DNA of 64,000 nucleotides from Tubulanus polymorphus (Eukaryota; Animalia; Nemertea): NCBI RefSeq assembly GCF_964204645.1, contig NC_134026.1, positions 2,007,950 to 2,071,949 of the forward strand, read 5' to 3'. Shown piece by piece: positions 53,727 to 64,000 of this stretch (position 1 is its first letter; each line of letters starts with the position of its first letter). The notes under the pieces were generated by a model. It saw only the letters and a program-made list of their open reading frames with translations, ran no database searches and was not told where the DNA came from. The position numbers and the translations under genes were made by a program.

Positions 53727-56700
53727 TCAATCTTCATCGGACAAAGCTTCGTACTGAGAGGATAAAATCGGGGTGGGTTCGGCCTCGCGACTCATCGGTG
53801 GAGCCGGTGAGACTCGAGGTTTATCGTCAGCGCTTCGAGACGCGGCCGGTGGATTCGATGTCGTACTGCTACCAGCCGCACGCATCGGATACGGATAATA
53901 CGACGAGTAAGTCGGTATATACGACGTACTAGTTCTCGTAGAACTAACGCTGTCGCTTTGAGAATGATCGCTAACCGACTGATCCGGCTGTATATGACCG
54001 TGATAAGAATCCGCCGCTGAACTTTCCACTTTCGAGGTCGTCTGTTGTTGATTGAAATCGTCGCTAGATCGAGGACTGTAAGCGTTACTGACTGAAGAAG
54101 TCGAACTCGTCGCAGCTTGTGGATGGAGTCTGGGACTATATACGCGATGCGGCGGAGACCCGAGTCCTTGATCGCGTTGTTGTTGTTGATTCGGAACGGT
54201 TCGCGGACTGAGAGAATGCACGCTATGCGTACTGCTGACTGATTCGCGACTGTGCGGTCGAGGACTGTGTCGTTGTTCTACTAAAGGTGAAGAGTAACCG
54301 GGACGCTGCAGAAGCCCGGTCGGATTGACGGAAATGGGTGGAGGCGTAAAAACGTCACTGGACATCGGCGAAACTCTTTCTAACTGATCCGAGCTGCCGA
54401 CACGACCAGGTAATCTATGATCAACTCCACCTTCTCGACCGCGAGGAAGCTGCGCTATATTATAATCAGCTCGTTTGTGTAAAACCTGTTCTAATCGCGA
54501 CGATTCACTATCGGGTTCTTGTTTATTACTGTCGCTGTCGCTGCTAACAACAGGAACGACGGCGTGACGTTTTATCTCTTCCGACCGATAACCGGGGCGT
54601 GGCCCGTGATATCCGGGCGGGGCACCGGGAGGTCTCTCCGACACTAACCGATGTTCGCTGGAACTATCCGCTACGCCAGACGGCTTATCTCTACGGAAAT
54701 CTTGTGGAGGATAATGCATGGCTGTAGCTGTACGATTTCTGTCATCTATCGGAGGATGAAGAGGTCTAGATGGAGGCCTCGATCCGCCTTGAGAAGGCGG
54801 ACGATCTACTCTACTTGTATCTGGTTTTACCTCAGTACTAGCTGATACCTGGAAATACAGAACACATCAATTTGAATATTCAGCTATCCGTAATTGTCGA
54901 CAGTGTTTGCGCAATTCAAAGTACCTTAAAACCAAAACTATCGGCGGCATAAAGCATTTGATTGGAAGATTCTTGAGGTCGTTGTTGCTGATTACTGCTA
55001 CTGTCGGCAGCGTTTACTGGCGCATCATTCTCACGGATAACCTGACTGATCTTGTTCTTCACGTATTCCAACGGTGATATACTGATCGAAGATTTCGCTT
55101 CAGCTCGAGAACATTGATCGACACCTCCGCTACTATCAGCTTGAAAACCAGAAACTACAAAGAAATATTTCACAAAACATTTTAGACTATTTACATCCGA
55201 AACAAACTAAGGCGCATTTGTTCGGGACAAACTGATTAGGGTTTTGGTTAACTCGATTTAGAGGCCAAGAAACCGGTTTATGCGATCGAAAACGAATGCA
55301 TGATTTAGCGGAAGACAACTCTCTATGTTTGAAAATGCTGCCATCTTCGTTGAGTCTCTTAGCTCTAGCAAACCACTACTCGCATGGTTTGGTCATTTAA
55401 CTGTTTAGGATTATGACAAAAAATGTGCCGGTTTTAAGCAAATCAGTTCACAAACCAGTCTAAAGAAATGTGTTCAGTAAACTCCATCAGTTTGCTCTAA
55501 ACAAATGCATCTCTTGTGAAGTACATACTGAAAACTATCACTGATCTAGAAATGACAGGTGAAACATAGATCTAAATTCAATCAATATGAAATATACCTG
55601 AAGGCTTGGTTTTGAGCATGCTCGTTATAGCCTGATGAGATCCTGCCATACTGGATACAGTGTTAGAACAGTTAGGTAGAGGTTGAGGAGGTGAGCGTGG
55701 ACAAGACTGTGATGTTGCTGCCTTAGATTCGCAGCCATCTGAGGACGATGAACCTAATAAGACAATTTCGTTGGATGTTCAATCCTTTTGATGGTGAAAT
55801 GGTTAATGGATCATTTTTCAAAATTGAGTTTAAATGGGTTAAACGATTATTTTGATAATTCAGAGATGTAAACAAACTCATTCGCCGTTCTGAAAAGGCT
55901 TTGAATGGTAGAATTGAGGTACTGACCAGCGGGTGAAATCGGTTCGACGTTGTATCCACTGATCTGAGGTGTATTCGACCTCGAAACATGCGATTGTTCG
56001 TCATCCGGCCGATTCACACGTACGATTTCCCGGTCATCATGACTACCGACTGCTGCCGGAGACTTCACCGTATGAGCGACTTCCTTTCCCTGCGGGATGA
56101 TGGGATACTATGTAAGAAATGAAAGAGGATTGCGCATTGGCTACGACGATCCACTGAGTAAACCACTGACACTAACAAACAACATTTATAACATTAACGG
56201 CTGTGGAATGAAAATGAAAATTGTCTTGAAATAGTTGAGAAATACCTGGGATAAAATTGACTAACATCATATTAGTTTTTTCTCTATATCACATTGTTAT
56301 AATTTCTTCTCTTTTTTTAACAAGCTTAAAGCTTATTGGAAGTATCCTACATATCGTTATGATGTTTGAAGCTTTTGTAATATTATAGATGGAATTATGT
56401 AATACCTAACTTTAATTTCTTCAGAAATATAACTACACAAATGTAAATACAAAGTAATTATAAATCCATGTCTCCAATCCATTGAGGACCGCTGAAGATA
56501 TCATTAGCAGGTATGAAGTTTCAGTTTCCATATTGTGGACAGACCAGAGAAGAATCTTTGATAAAGAAACCCTGCAGCCACCATACGAACCCACGAACGC
56601 TGGATTGATGAGGTTGGTTTGTGAAAAACCGCTGACTAACATGATCATACTATAAGATTATGATTTTATAATCATAAGGTTTAAAATTCTGAATATACCT

Positions 56701-59700
56701 TTGTCAGCGTTTTCTTGAGTTTCCAACTATGATATCCAGGTGATGGCGCCCCAGCCGATAAACTACGAGGCCTCTGATCTTCCTCAGTGGTACTACCAGC
56801 GGCAGGTGGAGACTGCGTCATACTTGTTGTACGTCCTCCTACCGGTGATGATCCTATCATTGAGGAAAATAATTACGGTATGTTTTAGGTTTGAAAAAAA
56901 AGATTTTTTGGACATAACATGGAAATCAAAAAGTGTTTACAGGGAAAGTACAGCGTAGTATCTAAAGAAACTACTTCAGATGCGAACTAAAATTGCATAC
57001 CATTATGTATGATATATCACAAACTCGATTCTATACAAACTACAGATACATTTGTTATTTTAATCCAATTCTCCTTTAATAGCATTAGCATGGTATCAAA
57101 AGGGAGTGTTGTAGGTGCTAATGAATGAATAATCTAGATTCTATGAATTAACGGGTGTGCTTTAAGTGCTAATATACCCCCTAAAACAGGAAGAATTATT
57201 CATAATTATTCAAAGAAGGATAATATAGGCGATAATTGCTGTTACAACAATATAAACCAAAAAAAAAGAATTCTGTAAAGCATGTTTTTTCATTTACCTT
57301 TGCTGGATCCTTTCGTCATAGGACCTTTCTGAAGTCCCATTGTCTTGTTCATATAGTTCTGAATGATAATGGCATCGATGTGGTCACCGAGAGTGATGTT
57401 TTTATCGATCTCTTGTTGCGTGAGTCCGGTTTGATGACCAGTCGGTGTACGACTGCCCGACGATGGAATCTCGCTGGCCGTAGACTCGTGTTCGACTTTA
57501 ACCTCGGGAGGTTTCATGGGCTGCTCCATCTCGGATGACGTTTTTGTTTGATTTGTCAAATCGTCGGATGATTTCGATGCGTGAACTTCGGCTTCATATC
57601 GACTCAACGCCGCTTTATGAGGCTTATACAACGCTGACATATCGGAACCCGCGCTGGTTACTGACGTCGAAGCTTCTGATTTTGGCATTTCCAGTTGTTT
57701 CTTTAGTTTACTTTGAGACGAATCATAACTATTCGAGTTATTTATCTGATGAACGATGATCAAATCGATGAGACTAGCCGCCGTAAAAGCTTTCCCTTCA
57801 CCGCCATCTTTCGCGTCTTTGCTCGTGGTCGGTTTAGTGTCGTCTTTATCGATAATGATGGGATTTTCAGCTGAATTGACCGCCTGTGAATCGCGAGACA
57901 CGCTCCGCGGTCTGTTTTCTGATTTGATACTATCGCGACTGGGAGTATCTCGATGATGAATGCTACTTCTCGATTCCGGTCGACTCTCGTTGGCCGCTCC
58001 GATCAACTCCTGTTGTTGGTATTTCAAGCGTTGATCCGCGTCTGGCAACCCGGGGTGATCAAAATGAGCGCGGTGTCTTTGTTCGTCGTGACTGGGAGTT
58101 CCCGAACGTGATTTCAGTTGTCGTTGTTCCGCCTGTATACGTTCAGTAATCGCGCGTTCAAATTTGCGTCTGCGTTCTTCTTCTCTTTCACGTTGTTCGT
58201 GTTCAGTTGTTTGCGCGACGTGTTCTTGTCGTAATCTGTCTCTATTTCCCTCTCTAGCCGCTGCTACTGCCGCTTGAAATTGTTGCTGACGCTCTTTCTC
58301 TAGTAAGTAATGCTCGTTGTAAGCGCCGTGGAGCCGACTACTCGTACTATCCGCCGCCATATGAGGATGTCTTCCTTCGAGACCTCGCGGAGATACGGCT
58401 TCAGGAGGTTTCACTATCATACTGTGCTGAATGACATTTTGACGTGCCTGTTGTTGAGCTCTATTAGGTCCCGGGCTGTGCGTACTGGCGACGTGCGCCG
58501 AAGGCCACGACGCCGATAGCGAACTTACGTCTGCACCGCGCGGAGAAATGGCTTCTCGAGGTGAAGGACTCGGCGATTGACCGTGAGATATACGATCAGC
58601 GCTTGAAGATGGCGGAACCTGTCCCGGATGTGGCATATAGATCATTCCCTGCGGGGTAGCTAACGTACCGTATGGTAACCCGGCAATATTTGACGGATGA
58701 ATCACGGCTTCCATCATTCCCGGGTAAACTTTAGTTACATCCCGTCGCGGAGACAGGTGCGGATCTTTTTCCTGTACAGCTGCGCGGCGCTGGAAATCTG
58801 AACCTTGCATTTGTTGCGCGGTCAAAAAGTCGCCGATTAGAGTCGCCCTCGAACTGCTGTAGGCGGAACCTTCCGGATACTGACTGGCGGCGTACGGCGG
58901 CATTCCTGAGTAATAAGCGCTAGTCGGAGACATACGTCGACTGAGATACATCTGTTCAAGCGTGCGATCGTACATCATCGGCATTCGAACTCCGCCATCG
59001 TAAATCATACCACCTCGTCCTACAGCTTTATACATCGGCATACGAGCTGCTTCATACGTAGAGACCGGTGAACCTCTTCCTGCCGTGACTGTATCGAGCA
59101 CCGGAGTACCGCGCGTTATTGATCCTTCCGATCGCGATGACTGAGGGGGAGTTGTTTGTCTCAGCATCTCGTAGCGCGGAGTACCCATCGAGATGGATCC
59201 TTCGTAACGCGATGACTGTTGAGGGGGAGGGGGTCCGGCTACGTGACCCGGATGACCGACGGGAGTACCCTGGGTAATCGAACCAGCGGGTGGAGTTTGT
59301 GACATCAGCGGTGAAAGTTTCTCCGTTTTAATCGGCGGTCCGCTTTTAGGTGTTTTGTTATTGATGAGTGGTGGTGGAGGAGGGATAACTGCAGCTCTAG
59401 ACGCAATAGTAGAACGTACGGCAGCAGCTGGATCACGACCAGTCACGTACGGAGATGAACTACGTTGACTGGCTGTTCGTAATGCTGGAGGTGTGGCCTG
59501 CGACCGGTCATCATCGGGGTACGAGCGTTCCCGTGACTGGTCCGACGAACCCGATCCGTAGTGATGAGAATGGGCGGGAGGTGGAGCCACTAGTAGTCTT
59601 CGTTGAGAATCTTCGACGCCCTGTCTCATGTACGGCTCGAACGGGCGACTGTCTCGTGGCTCAAAATCTCGTGGATCACCTTTATACGTGTGCGGACTAC

Positions 59701-62700
59701 GGTCACGAGATTTACATGACAAATCCTGAACTTCAGCCGTTTGAGATTGAGGCGTTGAACTCGGTTGTTGGTCGCGATGGTCTCGGATTATCTGTGGATG
59801 GTCACGTGAGGGAATTGATTGGGGATGGTCACGTGAGGGAATTGATTGAGGATGTTCACGGGAGGGTATTGATTGAGGATGGTCGCGTGAGGGTATTGAT
59901 TGGGGATGGTCGCGTGAGGGAATTGATTGGGGATGTTCACGTGAGGGAATTGATTGAGGATGGTCACGTGAGGGTATTGATTGGGGATGTTGTTCTCGTG
60001 AGGGAATTGATTGTGGATGTTGCTCCCGAGATGCAGCTGCTTGACGCTCACGACTTTGTAGAAGATCTCTTTGTGATATTTGAGCATGCTGCTGCTGCTG
60101 CTGCTGCTGTTGTTGAGTGACATGTAAATGATCACGTATTTGTAAAGCAGCAGCGTGTTCACGCATGTGAATAGGTAAATGATCTCTCGAAGGTACCGGG
60201 ATATGTTCTCGCGATTGAACGGAAGCCGGCACTGGAATCTGTCTGAACATTAAGCTCTCATGGGCAGCTTTCTGTTTATCTGATAGGTACAGCGCGCTCG
60301 GATCTGGATGTTTAACATCTTTGCGCATGTCATGAGAGGGCATGTATTGAGTAGCTGGAGTACCGTGGCTAATTGAACCGATCGGAGCGGCTGGGGGTAG
60401 AAGTGGTTGAGATGATGACAACGGTCTCTGAACAGTCGTCGTTGCTGGTGGGTTCTGTGTACTGGTATTCGGACTCGATGCGGTTATCGTCACTGAAATA
60501 AATACAATAAACCTTGATTTCACGGAAGATGATATGAAAAATCTGCACCAATCTAAAACAGCTCTTCACATAATCTTTTACGTATCTAACTTGCTTTTTC
60601 CCCGACTTTTCCCTGACACGCACGTTGTTTTCCCTGACTTGATTTGTTAAGAATGCAATCAATGAACACAGTAAAATATGTAAGACATAAACGGAATCTG
60701 TTTGATTTTGCGCGAAATCTAGAAATATCAACCAAATTTTTTTGACTGAAAGCTTTTTTTACAAAATTCCCTGACTTTCTTTAAGAAAAGAAATTGCCAG
60801 AATTTTCCCTGATTTCCAGGTACGCGGCCAGCCTGATGATAACAACAAAACACAAATCTAATCTACTGTACACATACCTTGCCGTGTGGAAATTGGCTTG
60901 GTTAGATTTCTTTCGATAGCAGAATGTATCAAATCACGGATACAAGCTGGCATAAAGTTGAAATCTTGTCCCTCTTGCGGAGAATGTGATCCCGGTGTAC
61001 CGGTGCTTGAAACGCTCTCAGTTTTAATTTTCTTCAACTTCGGATCAACAATCGCTTGTTGATCATTCGACGTTGAACTGTTTGACTGCGTATTTTGACT
61101 AGGACTCAGGCGTTTGTCTCCTCTACAGTGACTGATTCTGGAATAGAAGCATTTTTTATGTTTGAAATCCTTATGATTGAGAAACATCTTGGCGACGTGA
61201 TTGTAATCGTGGGTTCAGCTTATATGAACGGGATGAACACTGGTTCAAAAGGTGATTTGAATGTGTAAATCAATATTCGTCATGAAAATTAACAACATTT
61301 CAATAAGTACATTAAAGTACTGAATGAGCCTAAAAATGTGTTAATGTTAATACTTATGTGTTAATTAATCCCTATGGGTAGAAGGACACTGTGCTCACTT
61401 GAGTAGTAGTATCCTCCACAGGTAGTGTCATATGCATATGCTACCTTCACATAAAATTTTGTGCCCCCTTTTTCATTTCATTCATTATTGCTTGGAAATA
61501 ATGGCAGTAAATTTTCAAAATATCCTCCCCGACACCGTCTTATTTGTCGTGGATTATGCCCTTTGTCATAAATATTCTACCCTCAGCAGTGGTCCCTAGA
61601 TCAGCCCCTGCACAATCCGACATTTCAACAACCGCTGGTGAACATATTATACAGAAGCCTTCAAACATATAGAACATGTCATGGGCAATAACTTTTTAGT
61701 GATTGTGGTAACGTAAATACAGTAAGGAGACATTTCAGGGGAAGTGGCATGTTTCAAATATACCTTCCAGATAAATCTTCAGTTCTTTCTTCTGGTCGTT
61801 CATCTTTTGTTTCGCCACCCTCCGTCTGCCCGCACGGACCTTCATCTGCGCTCAATGTAGCACTGCTATCGTAGTCTGTAATGCTTTTCAAACTTCCGTG
61901 AGATACGCTCAGACCTGCCGATTGTTTCAATGATGATGAATCCGGTTTTTCGGGTTCTTCAATCTTCATTTCAACTTTTTCCTTCGTAGATTCTTCCGGG
62001 AATTCAGATTTGCCGACTTAAATGGATAGGTGAAAAATATGAGTACATCATTCTTTTTCTTGCAAAATGTGCGATCGTTGAAGAACTGTGTTATTTTCAA
62101 GGGATTACCAGATTCAGTAGGTTTAACAGGAGCTGATTGAACTCTTGGACTAGTTACACTGGCTGTATCAGAACTGTCTTCACCATCTTCAACATTACCA
62201 TCATCTGAACTCATTTCTGCTTCTGATATCACTGTTATAGTGGACGCGATACTTTCACAAATAGAAGTAGATCGATCCTTTCCCTAAAAAAAATGTACTT
62301 ATCAGTGCCAAAATACAAGAAGAAAAATATGTCAAAATGCTTACTCAAAAAACGCATATCAGACAATTTAAGAAATACCTTATTTTTCTTATATTCGTCG
62401 ACTAATGCATCAAGATTAAGTTTTTTCTTGTAGTTGAAATAAAAGTTTTTACACTGTGCTTCACTCTTAGTTGCCACCATGTTTGCGATTGCTGCCCAAT
62501 CTTGACCGTGTTGCGCTAATCCTGAAAAAATCCTCGAAGGAATGAACAAACAATCGACCAAAATGTGACGTCTATAAACAAAATTGTTTTGCAGTAGATA
62601 GATCTATATCGCTTTAGATTTCACCTTCTTTTGCGTGTTGCATTTCTTCCTCTGTCCATCGTGACGTTTCAGAAGTTTCTACAATTAATAAATTGCGTAC

Positions 62701-63812
62701 TTGCATATCAAAACTAAAATTACCATTCAAAATTTAAGTAACACAAAGTTTAAAGATTTGAGATACATGAACACTCTGTAGTTATTTCTTAATTCAAAAC
62801 CTTAAATCACAATTTGGTCTCTATATGGATGGTGGCCACTTTTGTTTTCCCGGACTTATCCCCGACATGTCTCCCTGACTAATCCCGGACATGTACGTTG
62901 TTTTCCCTGATTTGATCGGCTAAGAATTCATCAATTAAAACAGTCAAATACGTAAGACAGAAACAGAAACTGTTTGATTTTATGCGAAATCTAGCAATCT
63001 CAACAAATTTCCCTGACTTTTCCCTGATTTTCAAGTAACTGGCCACCCTGTGGAACTGTGCCATCACTTAAAATTATCATTTTTCACTCTCAGTTTCAGT
63101 TACAGACAAAAGCATTAATTCACCGGCAGACTTACCGGCATCAGCAGACTCTGGCAGTAGAGGAACCAGTGGGTCATTCGTTTGTGGATTTGTACCCAAG
63201 CGACGCGCAATCCGATTGAAACAGGCTGAGCAACATTTAGTAATTTCTTCCGTTATTTCTAAGAAAATCCAGGAATAGAAAAGTGTTGAAATGTAATAGA
63301 TTGGAATAACAATCTCGACAGAATAATCAATATCGCTTACGTAGTTCTTTCATGATTGGTTCTTTGATATCGGCGGGAACTTCAGCCCATTTTGGTGGAA
63401 GAGGTCGCAATCTTTTAACTTTACGCTTCGGAGTTTTACACGTCGGCATTGGGCATCTAGGAATAACAAGTGTCAGCTTTCAAACAACGTGAAATACATG
63501 GAAAAAGTCAAATAAAATCATCCAAGATAAGTGAAAGAAGAACCTTCAAATAATAGCATATTAAATTACATTTCAAGATTTTTAAAAAATTTGCTATAAA
63601 ATCAATAATAACAAGCATCATTCTTTACATACGGTGTGTACCTTCTGCGCACAGAACGACATCTACAACTGCTACAAACTCTCATCTCATCGATCAGATC
63701 CTGCTCATTTAAACCATAAAGATCACAATTGCTTTTGGTAAGTGGTCGACTCAATCCGTAGTGTTCTAATTGTGTCTTACACACAGCACACGTGTGCACA
63801 CCTCCTGTTTCA
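53727..63812 (-). CDS. NCOR1: Nuclear receptor corepressor (NCoR/SMRT/SMRTER), 3' part; the gene continues beyond the window end
   Basis: SANT2 SRWTEEEM...[28 protein letters not shown]; four GSI(S/T)xGTP motifs; CoRNR-like [14 protein letters not shown] and [14 protein letters not shown]; C-terminal [13 protein letters not shown]. Probably pro-orthologous to NCOR1 and NCOR2. Confidence 0.93.
55210..55512. mobile_element. MITE-like element of about 300 bp with imperfect terminal inverted repeats, in an NCoR intron
   Basis: gcatttgttcgggacaaactgat at the left pairs with atcagtttgctctaaacaaatgc at the right. Confidence 0.65.
59793..60028. repeat. Coding 27-bp tandem repeat, 8 units of (D/E)HPQSIPSR, in NCoR
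   Basis: Repeating gtgaggg(a/t)attgattg(g/a)ggatg; matches the translation of ORF 57290..60523. Confidence 0.95.
60086..60116 (-). repeat. CAG/CAA polyglutamine tract in NCoR
   Basis: (tgc)n run on the + strand encoding QQQQQQQQQ. Confidence 0.9.
60595..60834 (+). mobile_element. Dispersed repeat or MITE, copy A, in an NCoR intron
   Basis: Aligns by eye with 62840-63050 (acgttgttttccctga...gtaagaca...ctgtttgatttt...gcgaaatctag); repeated ttccctga words; ends GGCCAGCCTG. Confidence 0.75.
62827..63050 (+). mobile_element. Dispersed repeat or MITE, copy B, in an NCoR intron
   Basis: GGTGGCCA...TGGCCACC(CTG) inverted ends; homologous to 60595-60834. Confidence 0.75.
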
Positions 63813-64000
63813 GCTAATAAAAGGGATACATGATTTTATTTTCGTATAGAATTTTTAGAAAAATCAATGAATAAACTGCATGATATAGTGATTCTCAAGA
63901 GTAGATGCAAATAACTCCAACGAAAACCTGTGTCATCAATTCAACTCAAAAACACAGTTCCATTAGATGATTTGTTATGGATAGAAAACAAAATTGAAAC

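Noticed and set aside
59455-60162. Antisense and alternative-frame ORFs within the large NCoR exon
   Set aside because: Shadow ORFs caused by the 27-bp repeat and GC-rich coding sequence.

Overview
This is gene-dense, AT-rich animal genomic DNA with many short (about 80-120 nt) spliceosomal introns; a spiralian or lophotrochozoan invertebrate is inferred from gene content and style, not proven. Genes in order: an acidic orphan protein with 22 QTP(A/D)(D/E) repeats (-), ZDHHC5/8 palmitoyltransferase (-), an intron-containing class II xylose isomerase (+), MED23 (+), a disrupted intronless GPCR (+), PIGB (+), a TIR plus HEAT-repeat protein (-), OXCT1/SCOT (-), a TspanC8-type tetraspanin (-), a 66-aa secreted proline-rich peptide gene missed by the ORF track (-), an SLC16/MCT transporter (-), MKS1 (-) and the 3' part of NCoR/SMRT (-). 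The best leads are: (1) the hidden three-exon secreted peptide gene with a TATA box and a pyroGlu...Pro-Pro-like segment; (2) the TIR-HEAT protein with an intact catalytic-position Glu; (3) a tiny TAG...CTA transposon family with 9-bp target-site duplications, one copy inserted into a U12 splice donor; (4) five U12-type minor introns within about 24 kb; and (5) the animal xylose isomerase with a GC-AG intron. Exon boundaries were read by eye and no database searches were run.
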